Origin: Guillardia theta CCMP2712
Taxonomy: Eukaryota; Protista; Cryptophyta
NCBI RefSeq assembly: GCF_000315625.1
Contig: NW_005434649.1
Span: 372,001 to 436,000 of the forward strand
Reading direction: 5' to 3'
DNA: 64,000 nt
Numbering within the stretch: position 1 is the first letter of the stretch; every line of letters begins with the position of its first letter. Positions 50,301-64,000 of the stretch are shown in pieces. The notes under the pieces are model-generated. The model did not search any database. It was not told the origin of the DNA and saw only the letters and a list, made by a program, of their open reading frames with translations. The translations under genes and the position numbers were made by a program.

Positions 50301-53224
50301 TCCTCTGCACCACTGCTTCCTCCTCCTCCTCCTCTCCGCTGCAGCTCCGGCTACCAATGCAAGGCCACAGCGCTCCTTCGCGTCTTGTGCGACTAACTTG
50401 TCTTATTGTTATCCAAGCTGAATGCAAATTTGTTTCCTTCCTTGTCGTCCTCTCTTCCTGTACCTCTACCCTACTTCTATCTCACCACCCTTCCTTTGAC
50501 CCCTCTAGTGTTCTACCCTTGTGCAGCCCTTCTTTTCTCTGCTCCTCCTCGCCATGCCGCGTTACTTCATCTCGCAGGTTGTTCCCAAGGCTCAAGATGC
50601 CTTCACCTCTCTCAAGGCCATCAGCAACGGCTTCGAGGTCACCTCCTCGGCCAAGAACAGGGTGAGCAAGCAGCTGGAAGACAGTCAGGTCAGCTCCTGG
50701 AGCTCGTTCAGCTGGCCCTGACGCTTGTCGACGAGCAGAGGAGGCTCGAGACTGCAGAAGCGAATTTAGGTTGGAAACGGAGAGCTCGTGCAATTTGACC
50801 TGACATGACCTGACCCCACCTAACTGACTTGACCTGACATGAACTGATATGACATGACCTGTCTATCTGACTGGCTGACTTGCTGACTGACTCGATGGCT
50901 GGCTGGCTGATTTTGTCTGGCAGCTGAAGCACAGCAACGGCTATTGGAGCTCAAGGTTTGTCATTGCTTGATGTCTCTTTTCCTTCAATTGACGGGAACG
51001 CAGGACCTAGCTGACAGGTTTCAAGAGAAGTCCGAGAAGCTGGAGGAAGAGCTTCAAGGAAGCAGAGAAAAAGAGAAGCAGGTAGGGCCAGATTCCTCCT
51101 CCTCCTTCGTCCTCCTCCTCCGTCCTCCTCCTCTTCCTCTTCCACCTCCTATAACTTAGCCAACGCCAACTCTCCCCCCTTGGTCCGCCTCGTCCTCCTC
51201 TACTTTCACCTCCTCCTGTCGCTCATCTGAACTGCATCACAACAGCTCTCGGATTCCTTGACAGCAGCGGAGGAAGCGATCGAGCGGGAGAAGCAGGAGA
51301 AGAAGACGCTGCAGGCTCAAGGGCAGCAGATCCTGAGAGATGCGGACCGAGTGAGCAACCTAGCAAGAGAACGAGCTGCCAGCCTCCTGGAGAAGTCGCA
51401 GGAGGTTCGACATGACGAGGCTGGGCGGTTCCTTGCATGATAGCAGCATGTGGCAGATCCAGGAGCTGCAGGGCATCATCGGCAAGCTGAGGGGACGAGC
51501 TGAGGAGTGTAGGCTACAGGTTGAGGAGCGGCGAGGGATGCTGATGCTGATGCTGATGCTGATGTTCAGGTGCAGACCCTGCAAACTGAACTTGCAGCTT
51601 CAGTCGAGGACCTCCGATTCTGTACAGATCAGGTAAGAGATCGTTATCCCCCTGCTCCGTCCCAATGCGGTGCCCACTGCTCCTTCCTGCTCCTGCTCCT
51701 GCTCCCCTCTCCTGTCTCTCTTCCTCTCCTTTCCCTCCGCTGACCATGTGACTGCAGGTGACCTCCTCGTTGGAAACAGAACACAAGCAGAAGACGGACT
51801 TGAGCTTGAAGTTGTTGGAGGCGAGGAAGTTGAACGACGAGACCTTGAGGCGGGTGGAGGACGCAGCAAGAGAAGCAGAGCAGGTGAGGCGACTGCCTGT
51901 TGCTCTTCCGCTGATCCTATGCTATCAGATGCGGGAGGAGAACAAGAAGATGCAGGCTCAGGTCATCCTTCTGCAGCCATCCTCCTCCTCCTCCTCCTCC
52001 TCCTCCTCCTCCTCCTCCTCCTCCTCCTCCTCCTCCTCCTCCCCCTTCTCCTTCTCCTTCTCCTTCTCCTTCTCCTGATCTTCATTCTCCTCCCCCCGCG
52101 TGCTCGTGTTTCTCCTCCTCCTCCTCCTTCCCCTCCTTCTCCTCCTCCTCCTGGTCTTCATTCTCTTCCTCCCCGCGTGCTCGTGGTCCTCCTTCCTCCC
52201 TCCTCCCTCACTGCTTCTTTTCACCTCCTCCTTCCTCATGCCTGTGAAGGTCCGTGCAAACAGCATGGCGCTTCGTGAGCGGGACGCTGCGGAGGTCCGA
52301 GCGCAGATGGAGCAGGAGAGCATGCATAAGATGCAGGCGGAGCTGGAGTGGACGACAACGCAGCTGAATCTCGTGAAGGAGAAGAGCGAGGAGAAGTCGA
52401 AGACTATCCAGACGCTGCAGGAGGAGTCGCGAAAACTTCAGGATCAGCTACAGCGANNNNNNNNNNNNNNNNNNNNNNNNNNNNNNNNNNNNNNNNNNNN
52501 NNNNNNNNNNNNNNNNNNNNNNNNNNNNNNNNNNNNNNNNNNNNNNNNNNNNNNNNNNNNNNNNNNNNNNNNNNNNNNNNNNNNNNNNNNNNNNNNNNNN
52601 NNNNNNNNNNNNNNNNNNNNNNNNNNNNNNNNNNNNNNNNNNNNNNNNNNNNNNNNNNNNNNNNNNNNCCATCTACAAGCTTAAAACTTGAACTAACAGA
52701 TGTTATTGTATTACCTGATATAGGAACATCGTTGAATTGTAAATTAGGACCATATATATAAACACCTTGACTATTCCATTTTATCCGTGTTGTATTGTAC
52801 CAACTAATATATCCCCAGTCTGTACTATTAATCACAACCTTATTTCCCCAAGTTGTATCATTAGAAATAAATATATAATTGTCATTTGTTTGTTTGACAC
52901 CAAGAACCAAATATTTATCGTGAAATATCTTAGGTAATTGTGCGCCATCATTATCCTTTAATCCTATTTCAATACCATTTGCAGAAATATTCCCTTCAAT
53001 CTGTAATTTGGAACTATTATTAGGGATTGTACCTATTCCAACGTTACCGGTATTATAATATATATCATTATTTACTTTTGTCCATTTTGAAGCTAAACCG
53101 GGGGGGGGGAGCAGGAGAGGAAAACTGACTATGAATGCAGATCGCTCAATGTCGGCAGCCCCGGCACGTTCGGGATCAAGAGACCGCTGCTCACTACGAT
53201 GCATCGCTCCTTCTTCTCGTCGTG
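47361..53224 (+). CDS. Intron-rich gene for a coiled-coil protein with Ser/Pro-rich N-terminus, unknown function; interrupted by a gap
   Basis: Many short exons with GT-AG introns encode heptad-rich peptides (LEKELRDKKRQLEDMMKSV; KIKELEQLLSKSSADMEEKENQLKQQ; AEVRAQMEQESMHKMQAELE). A putative last exon 53141-53224 follows a ctgac...tgcag acceptor; the 3' end is tentative. Confidence 0.6.
52457..52668. other. Assembly gap
   Basis: Run of N. Confidence 1.
52669..53098 (-). other. AT-rich fragment of a fibre/tail-fibre-like gene, probably viral
   Basis: Stop-free frame SKWTKVNNDIYYNTGNVGIGTIPNNSSKLQIEGNI... matches the W-x5-IYYxxGNVGIGT..P...L.I.G motif of dsDNA-virus fibre proteins and some bacterial surface proteins. 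Sharp AT-rich composition relative to the flanks. Confidence 0.75.
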
Positions 53225-53362
53225 AGGGGAGTCCAAGTGAAGTCTCTTGCGGCGACTCTTCAGAAGATTGGCAGATGGAGGAGAGGGAGAAAATCGAAGA
53301 GAAGGAGGAGGAGAGAATGAACAGGCACTTGAGCGTCCAATCGCTGTCCTCGAAGCCTCTCC

Positions 53363-55687
<2,325 letters not shown>

Positions 55688-56644
55688 GCCGGGTCGGATC
55701 CTGTAGGGTTTTGGGGGTTTTGTTCTAGTAAAACTGAACCAAAACGAAACCTAATCTGATTTCGCTGCCTCTCTCTCCTCTGGTAGTCTTCTGTTGAGGC
55801 GGATTTGTTGGTACTACCTAGTATATGATCCTCACGGCGGCTCCGGGCGAGCCACAGTGAGTCAAGTTACTAGGCTCGGTAATACCTCCCGGAGTCCGGG
55901 CCCTGACCCGGCAGTTGATATGGCTCGGTGCAGAGATCATAGTACAGATGCCGTCATAGGCTCCGTTCGAGGAACCATATTGAAGGCCCGATATGAAGCG
56001 CAGATTGCCGCCGTAGCCCCTAAGAGCGGCCATCCGATAGTGGATAGTGTTGTCACGGAGGATACCAGCAACAACCACGCACTTGTGCCGCGACTGCTCA
56101 CTCTACGGTGCCGGCCCTTGGAGGCCGCCCGGGGCCCCGGGCCCGGCGGGCGTCGGCCCGAACCGGCCCTGAGAGGCCGGGCCCCGGCCGGCGACCCTGG
56201 CCGCTCTTCCCCGTCCCCCCCTCCCGGGCCCATCCGGGCTCAGCACCTGCTCATACCTTCGCTTGCCTCTTGTCCACCTCCTTTTTTGTTTTAAAGCTCC
56301 GCTCCGCCTCTTGTCCACCTCTCACACTTGACTCGCCCTGCGGCCCTCCTCAGACTGAGACTCCACGTCGATTTCCTGCTACAATCAGCCGCAGACGGTC
56401 TCGCTTGTCGACCTTGCCCGTGCAGCTCAGCCCATGGGGTTCAGCCAATTTACTGATCGCGAGGAACAAGAGAACTACTCGTCCTAATCTAGTTTGTGTT
56501 CCGCCAGTATAATTCCTCCCTGCTCGCTCCTTTCTCCTCTCCCAACCCTCCTCTCCCCATACTCCCTCACCATGCCCCGCCGCCACCGGGCCTCCTCCGC
56601 TACCTCCGACTCCCCGTCATCTCCGAGTTCACCCCCGGGCCCCT

Positions 56645-58398
56645 CTGCCTAGGCAGTAGCATCCGGGCTCAGCGGCTCGCCCCGGAGATATTGACCTGCA
56701 CAACGAATGGTCTTGTCACCGTTGTAGCTCTTGCGGGTCGTAGCCATGCGAGCAGACACAGGCGTCTGATGGGAATCCTTCAGTCTTGCATGCTGGACGC
56801 GGTATGGCCTCTCCTCTTCCTCAGGCCGCAGTCTCCCCATCCCGTCCGCATACTGATGCAAACTTGATGTCCTTCTCTTTCAACGACTTGTCAAATGAGT
56901 ACGGCACGCAGACCCTCCCCCAGCCTCTTCGGAAGCACCTTGTACAGGGCTTGCGTCTTCGCACTTGAGCTTACGGAGCTTACATGTCCAGCAAGCGGCA
57001 GTGACGCGCTGTCTGGAGGGAGGGGAGGAAGAGGAGGGGAGAGTTTGAGTGTCGTTGGTGACGAAAAAGGAGGAAAGAGGAAAAGGAGAAGGAAGCAATC
57101 AGCCAGATGCGGAAGGGATGCGGATGGCAAGGGACGAGTGGGGCTGGGGGGAGTTAAAAGGAGGGTCGGATGAACTGACTCATGCAGCATGGAAGCATAC
57201 CTTACGAACCATGACCGACCTTACTCTGTGTCAATTCCTTTTATTGGACCTGCGTCTTGTAGCAATTGCTGCGCATCAAGATCCTGTAAATACTTCTTTC
57301 TTCAACTAACTTGCAGCGGCTGAGAATTCCAAGAATAACGTTCCAGACCAACTTGTGAAGGAGGAGGAGAGATGCCCCAAGGCTGATCCCTTCCGACAAC
57401 TGGAGTCTGAGCTCTATGACTTTGTCCTCTCTCCTCCCCTCTGCCTCCCCGTCCATCGACGCGGTCACGGCTGGACCGGGCAGCCGATGATCGCCTGCCC
57501 CGCTCCCGCGTCCATGAAAGCAAAGTGGAGCTTGCTTGGATCAGCTGGGTTTCACGTCAAGGTTTATCCTCTTCTTGCTCACTCATACCTTCTCTCAACA
57601 TCTTCCACTTCACTTCCTTCAGACGTTTCGACGCCTTCTTCTACATCAGATGCGTATACTGCATGGCTCAGCGCTTCTGCGGGGCTTGGACAGGCATCCA
57701 TGGCCTGCGCATCCCGTCATCCCTACTAGCAGCCATCACTTATTACAGCGGCCCTAGCAAATTTGAAAAACAATCGTGTATCTCGGAATGAAATATCGAC
57801 CCCACCCCACCCTCGCCCTCGTTGCACCCGGTCCTTTGAGGGCTACGCTCAACGTCAACTTTCAGAGTCGTTTGACCAGCGACGAAACGAAAAAAACCCT
57901 CATTCTTGAAAAAAGAGCGTGACCTCCGATCAGCACGTCACGGTACTCTCAGTCTACTTGCTAACGTAAGGCGACGCTGTCGTAGGATTGAGAGACGTGG
58001 AGCAAGAGGATGATACGAAGCTAGAGGACGACCTATCTTCCGCATGTCGAGCTATCCCGATGCTGCAGGCGGGGAGGCGTCAGCGTGAGAAGCAGGAGAT
58101 CTTGACTTGGTCATTGCGTGCGGCGCTGCGGTGAGAACAGTGATTGTTCCATCCAGCTATCGAGAAGTAAGATACTAGTAGGACCTTTTTTATCTCGAAA
58201 GCCAGGGCTGGACTCCCATCATGTTGGGGGTTGTGGTGTCACCTTGCTCCCTACACCCAACAAGCATGTCCAATATGAAAACAAATCAGAGACGAGCAAG
58301 GAAAATGGGCAAGCAAGGGCATGTTGCAGACCATACTGTGAGAAGGAGTGGTGTATTGTCACGCAAGAGCTCGTTGATGGAGCATGAAAAGTAACTCT
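56645..58398. repeat. Left arm of long inverted duplication
   Basis: Highly similar to the reverse complement of 60061-61960, with several indels (e.g. 58381 AGCATGAAAAGTAACTCT vs 60061 AGAGTTGCTTTTCATGCT). Confidence 0.92.
56700..57050 (-). pseudogene. Frameshifted Zn2Cys6 transcription factor copy
   Basis: RQRVTAACWTCKLRKLKCED, then a 1-nt deletion relative to the intact paralog; downstream stop and decayed second cluster. Confidence 0.8.
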
Positions 58399-58578
58399 CG
58401 AGATACAAGGATCCAAGAGAGCACACCAGCATCTTAATTTTATTTCAGTATGAATCAAACATAACCAGGCTTTTTATCTAAGCATGCATTAGAAATCACT
58501 ATACAACTACAAGTTACCGCATCTTGTCCACGTACTCCATCCCCTCGTCATTCGAGTTCCCTCTCCCAGCAGGCTTCC

Positions 58579-59346
58579 TCAAATTCCTTCCCCCAGCATC
58601 TCCTCCCAGCCTCTCTCGTCCCTCTCCATCCTCTCCCACCCCTCCTCTCCCCCCATACTCAACCCCCATACCCCGTCCTCCTCCGCACCCTCCCCCTCCT
58701 CTCTCCACCCCTCCCCCTCCCCGTCCATCGGCAGGAGGGTCTTCCTCAGCCAGCTTGCCCAGCTCCCGTCCCGATCCTTTTCGTCTGAGGCCGCAGCAGC
58801 GCCCTGTTCGTCGTCGCCGACGGTCATGGCTTGTCCCGGCAGCATCGCCTCCCCCGCTCCCGTGTCCATGCAGACCGCCACGGAAAAGAGCTCGTTGGTC
58901 AGTGGCTGGGAGCTCAGCGGGGGTCCGGAGCAGTCTTGCTGGGTCCGCGCGCATCGCTTGCATGGCCGAGACTCGTCGCAGCCTACCTTGGATCGTCTGC
59001 AAGCGTCGCAAGCTTGGGAGACCTGTCGTCGCTTGATCTTGGTCTTGCGGGGCTGGACGGCAGACAGAGCCGGCGGGGGCTTGAAGGTGACGCTCGCGAA
59101 TGCTGGGGAGTGGAGCTTGCTGGTTTTGTCGGCCGCGGCTTTCCTCGGGGATCTCTTGCACGGCACGCAGAACCTCCCCCAGCCGCTTCGGAAGCACCTT
59201 GTGCAGGGCCTCGCGTCGTCGCACTTGAGCTTACGGAGCTTGCATGTCCAGCAAGCGGCGGCGACGCGCTGTCTGGAGGGAGGGGAGGATGAGGGTGGAG
59301 TGAGAGGAGGGGAGGGAATCTTGGAAGGGACTGCGAGTGTTGCCAT
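58579..59346 (-). CDS. Transcription factor with two Zn(II)2Cys6 (GAL4-type) binuclear clusters and an acidic/Trp-rich C-terminus
   Basis: ACWTCKLRKLKCDDARPCTRCFRSGWGRFC and ACDACRRSKVGCDESRPCKRCARTQQDC; intronless 255-aa ORF. Confidence 0.9.
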   Translation of the reverse strand: MATLAVPSKIPSPPLTPPSSSPPSRQRVAAACWTCKLRKLKCDDARPCTRCFRSGWGRFCVPCKRSPRKAAADKTSKLHSPAFASVTFKPPPALSAVQPRKTKIKRRQVSQACDACRRSKVGCDESRPCKRCARTQQDCSGPPLSSQPLTNELFSVAVCMDTGAGEAMLPGQAMTVGDDEQGAAAASDEKDRDGSWASWLRKTLLPMDGEGEGWREEGEGAEEDGVWGLSMGGEEGWERMERDERGWEEMLGEGI

Positions 59347-60060
59347 GGAGCGTCAACTGCAGAGAGGAAAAGCAAAGCCGAAGATATCAGCAGACAGGAC
59401 CCTACCCACCCTCTCCTTTCCCCTTCAAGCTTTATGGCCCCTACTTCCACCTACCCCTGCTTTTTACCAATCCGAGTGCATCACCCCTCCCTCAAGGCAC
59501 TAGCCGAGTATCTTCTAGTCAAACCTTGGGCCCTACCATGATCATTTGACACGTTGCGCCGGTTGACAGGGATAGAGACGTACCAATTGCCCTTTTGACC
59601 ACCGAGTCAGCATGTCACGGTACCTTCGGGTGAGGTCAAATTTCCGATCTTTACTACTCTTCTCCGGTACTACATGACGGTCAACTCGAATGATCGGTTC
59701 AGAGGCCAGGAGGACAGGTGAAAAAAAAAAACATGACCGGAACGACCAGGTCACGCAAGTTTCGGACCCGACGACCCGCAGTTGATCTGACTAATGCGTA
59801 CCTCGCGTCGACGACGATGCGCAAACTTACAGCTTCTTTCTCCTCCTGTCTGCTCCTCCTTGGGTCATGAACGCTCCCAAGTCCCCCCTGTGACTGCTTG
59901 ATGCGGAGATATTCCAACAACTGTGCGATATCCTTTCCTTGGCTAGCGTTTCAATAGTACGAGACGATTTGCGACCTATCTGTCTATCGCAGAGTTCCAA
60001 GACCGGGACGGATGAAGTTTTGACCAAGCAAGAATACGATCTAATCATAGTAAAAACTGG

Positions 60061-61960
60061 AGAGTTGCTTTTCATGCTCCATCAACGAGCTCTTGCGTGA
60101 CGATACACCACTCCTTCTCACAGTATGGTCTGCAACATGCCCTTGCTTGCCCATTTTCCTTGCTCGTCACTCTCTGATTTGTTTTCATATTGGACATACT
60201 TGTTGGGTATAGGGAGCAAGGTGACACCACAGATGAGGTTGAGGCTACTAAGATCAAACCAAGTCATGGTATTCATTTTATCCCAGTCATGTATCATCCA
60301 TCAACTCTTCTTCAACAATCACTCTTCTCATCGCAGCGCCGCACGCAATGACCAAGTCAAGATCTCCTGCTTCTCACGCTGACGCCTCCCCGCCTGCAGC
60401 ATCGGGATAGCTCGACATGCGGAAGATAGGTCGTCCTCTAGCTTCGTACCATCCTCTTGCTCCACGTCTCGCAATCCTACGACAGCGTCGCCTTACGTTA
60501 GCAAGTAGACCGAGAGAGTACCGTGACGTGCTGATCGGAGGTGACGCTCTTTTTTCAAGAATGAGGGTTTTTGTTCGTTTCGTCGCTGGTCAAAGGACTC
60601 TGAAAGTTGAAGTTGAGCGTAGCCGTCAAAGGACCGGGTGGACCGAGTCCGAGGCTGGGGTGGGGTCGATATTTCATTCCGAGATACACGATTGTTTTTC
60701 AAATTCGGTCGGGCCGCTGTAATAAGTGATGGCTGCTAGTAGGGATGACGGGATGCGCAGGCCATGGATGCCTGTCCAAGCCCCGCAGAAGCGCTGAGCC
60801 ATGCAGTATACGCATCTGATGTAGAAGAAGGCGTCGAAACGTCTGAAGGAAGTGAAGTGGAAGATGTTGAGAGAAGGTATGAGTGAGCAAGAAGAGGATA
60901 AACCTTGACGTGAAACCCAGCTGATCCAAGCAAGCTCCACTTTGCTTTCATGGACGCGGGAGCGGGGCAGGCGATCATCGGCTGCCCGGTCCAGCCGTGA
61001 CCGCGTCGATGGACTGGGAGGCAGAAGGGAGGAGAGAGGACGGGGAGGGTGCGGAGGAGGACGGGATATGGGGGGTGAGTAGGGGGGGGAGAGGAGGAAA
61101 TGCACACTTGAGCATGGTGTTTGAAGCGATGGAGAATCAAGGACAAAGTCATAGAGCTCAGACTCCAGTTGTCGGAAGGGATCAGCCTTGGGGCATCTTG
61201 ATGCACAGCAATTGCTACAAGACGCAGGTCCAATAAAAGGAATTGACACAGAGTAAGGTCATTTGCATGGTCATTGATCATCAATCCAAGACACAAATGA
61301 CAAGACGTGTAGTACACATACTGGTGTATATAAAAGACCTTGACATTTCCATCGGTCATGGTTCGTAAGGTATGCTTCCATGCTGCATGAGTCAGTTCAT
61401 CCGACCCTCCTTTTAACTCTTCCCAGCCCCACTCGTCCCTTGCCATCCGCATCCCTTCCGCATCTGGCTGATTGCTTCCTTCTCCTTCCTCTTTCCTCCT
61501 TTTTCGTCACCAACGACACTCAAACTCTCCCCTCCTCTTCCTCCCCTCCCTCCAGACAGCGCGTCGCCGCCGCTTGCTGGACATGTAAGCTCCGTAAGCT
61601 CAAGTGCGACGACGTGCAAGGTGCTTCCGAAGAGGCTGGGGGAGGGTCTGCGTGCCGTACTCATTTGACAAGTCGTTGAAAGAGAAGGACATCAAGTTTG
61701 CATCAGTATGCGGACGGGATGGGGAGACCGCGGCCTGAGGAAGAGGAGAGGCCATACCGCGTCCAGCATGCAAGACTGAAGGATTCCCATCGGATGCTTG
61801 TGTCTGCTCGCATGGCTGCGACCCGCAGGAGCTACGACGGTGACAAGACCATGCGTGGTGGAGGCCAGGGCAGTCGCAGGAGGAGCTTGTTTGTTGGTAA
61901 GCTCACTTCTCCACTTGCGCCGACTATCTCCGGGGCGAACCCGGATGCCACAGCGTAGAG
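60061..61960. repeat. Right arm of long inverted duplication
   Basis: Reverse complement of 56645-58398, with indels. Confidence 0.92.
61520..61860 (+). pseudogene. Frameshifted Zn2Cys6 transcription factor copy
   Basis: RQRVAAACWTCKLRKLKCDD, then a ~10-nt deletion and frameshift; decayed second cluster (..DG..RPC). Confidence 0.8.
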
Positions 61961-62080
61961 AGATACCCCCTTGTTCCTAGAATAATTAGGGTAACTGGTA
62001 GGGGTGGTAGAACTCGCCTAATTCCCGGGGTGATTGAGAAGGTTAAATGTGGGGGTAGGGGTGTCAGCGAGGCGACGAGC

Positions 62081-62677
62081 ATGCAGCGGCTAGGGTTGCT
62101 GCGCGCGGGGCTTGGGAGGATGGTGCCAAGCATGGGGCGATTGATGGCCTGGGGAAAAGATGCTGGTGGCTTGAAGGAAGCGAGCCAGACCCTCGATGCT
62201 AGGAGGGGGTTAGTTACGTTCTCCACCTCTTTGAGTTCTGGATGCAGAGTACGATTTCCTCTTGCAGCTGCTGGGCTGTTCGGCAGAGTTCAGGGGGCTG
62301 GTGCTTTGGGGTTTCAGTCAGCAAACCAGACATGCAGATCCTACAAGAATTTTTCTGGATCTCACTACGCACCCACACACATGGCGAGGGCGAAGAACCC
62401 AGCTCTACCTCAGGATCCTGCAACTGCCAGTGCTGTGGTTGAAATCTTTGGGACTGCTCGTTTCAGTGATCCACACACAAGAAGTATCAGAAAGATTTTC
62501 ATGAAGAGCACCATCAAAGGAAAACTGGCTTCCTACTTCAGACCGCTGCCGGTTCACAATCAAGACGGGTACAAAGATCCGTTTGTCGAGAGGAGGCAAG
62601 CTCAGTTAGCGAGGTTACGTCGACGTGGAAAGGGCCCTCCGAAGAAAGGACAAGGAAAGCGATCTAAGAAGAAGTAG
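62081..62677 (+). CDS. MRPS33: Mitochondrial small ribosomal subunit protein mS33 (Rsm27-like)
   Basis: R/L/G-rich presequence; IFG...RSIRKIF...LASYF...RLRRRGKGPPKKGQGKR signature. Confidence 0.88.
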   Translation: MQRLGLLRAGLGRMVPSMGRLMAWGKDAGGLKEASQTLDARRGLVTFSTSLSSGCRVRFPLAAAGLFGRVQGAGALGFQSANQTCRSYKNFSGSHYAPTHMARAKNPALPQDPATASAVVEIFGTARFSDPHTRSIRKIFMKSTIKGKLASYFRPLPVHNQDGYKDPFVERRQAQLARLRRRGKGPPKKGQGKRSKKK

Positions 62678-62851
62678 ATGATCTGTTCCTGACATCATCA
62701 GGGTGATGGTGAATGGCTCATCCTTCTCGGCTGTCCTTGCCCTTCGAAAGCATTCCGGGTGTACTCAAATACAACTGAGTATGGACATAATTGTGCCAGG
62801 ACGCAGCAATAAATCTTCACGTTTGGAGCTATACATGAAGCATCTCAATCC

Positions 62852-64000
62852 TCACAACTTCACCAAAACCTTTCCCTGTCACCACCAGTCACCTCCACTT
62901 GTGTTTGAATCAGGAGCAAACTTACGATGTTTTTCCCCTCGTACATGTACTCGATGGCATCTGGGATGGATTCAAGGCCGTTGAACTGCTTGCAAGCTTG
63001 TTGATCCACAAGAGACTTTAACTTGCCCTCTTGAGTCTGTTCACACGTCAACATCCACGTTTTATCCATCAGTCTCCTTCCGCAACCATCTGAAGGAGCT
63101 TGGCCATGTGCGGCTTCCATTCGCGCGTGTAGTCGTTGAGGAAGAAGCCTCGGATCTAGCAAGAACATTCATCTGCGATCACACGACCCGCATGCTTCAT
63201 CGCAAATCTCACGACTTACACTCGCAGACTTCCCTAGAAGTTTGGCTGTGATGGGTGTGCTCGGCTTCTTTTCCCCACCCTCCTGCGACCATCCTGACCC
63301 ATCCTGGTAGAACTCACGTCATTATCGAGCAAGCTGATGTTTGCCGCCTTGCCTTGTACCCCGAGATGAAACCAATCACGACGAGACGACCTTTCTTGGC
63401 AAGGTTGTTCAACGCAATGTCGAAGAACGAAGCTCCGACGCTCTCATATACTACATTCACTCCGTCCGAGTACTCAGACCTTAGAACCTGGAACAGATCC
63501 TCCTTCTTGTAGTTCACTGGGCGATCACAGCCGAGGGCTTTCAGAGCCTCAACTTTCTCGTCGCTGCTGCAGGTTCCAATGACATGGCAGCCCGCCTGCT
63601 TCGCAAGTTGCACTGCAAACGATCCCGTGCCACCTGCACTCCAGTCACTACAAGGCAGATGGTGAGGGAGGGACCTGCGGCTGCTGTCACGAGCACTATC
63701 TCGTCCTTCTTGATCTCTCCCACCTGCACACGAGTCATGTCGGAAACCTTTCAAGTTTCGCGTCCGTGGAAGATACTTGCTCGAGGGCAATCGAGGCCGT
63801 CAAGCCGCTGACGAAGAGAGGAAGAGCCTCAGGCATGATCTGCACAACGAGGAGCGTCAAGGAACTCATCTCCTTCACTAGCGTCTTTCCTTAGGGAGCG
63901 AAACTGCTGCTCTTGCATCGATCTCCTGGTACTCAGAGAAGGCTCCGAAAGACTGCTCCGGCATGTTCAAGGAACAAAGTCTTGTCCTCTACATGCTCTT
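62852..64000 (-). CDS. MDR-family NADP-dependent reductase, PTGR3/ZADH2-like (5' part outside window)
   Basis: [90 protein letters not shown]. Confidence 0.9.

Overview
Eukaryotic nuclear DNA with GC-rich exons, many ~50-nt spliceosomal introns often filled with microsatellites, and two assembly gaps (8836-8935, 52457-52668). An axonemal dynein plus a bipartite plastid-targeting presequence with Phe at +1 points to a flagellated secondary-plastid alga, most consistent with a cryptophyte such as Guillardia theta (inference). Housekeeping genes: a plastid-targeted UVR plus SAM-methyltransferase protein, UXT-like prefoldin, a DNAH6-like inner-arm dynein heavy chain, eIF4G, a THUMP/RlmL-type RNA methyltransferase, mitoribosomal mS33 and a PTGR3/ZADH2-like reductase. 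The accessory content is more interesting. (1) A >2000-aa membrane-anchored protein built from two repeat types that resemble phage tail/baseplate structural proteins. (2) A small multi-exon secreted WSC-like protein missed by the ORF track. (3) A bounded 3990-bp Mutator-like element (25-bp TIRs, perfect 10-bp TSD) encoding a DDE transposase and a spliced Ulp1/SENP protease domain with all catalytic residues, inserted into an AT-rich, iteron-like, possibly viral remnant. (4) An AT-rich GNVGIGT fibre-like gene fragment apparently inside a host intron. (5) A stop-free 3n intron made almost entirely of (CTG)98. (6) A ~5.3-kb inverted repeat whose loop holds an intact double Zn2Cys6 transcription factor gene and whose arms hold broken copies of the same family. 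All family assignments come from motif recognition by eye; no searches were run.
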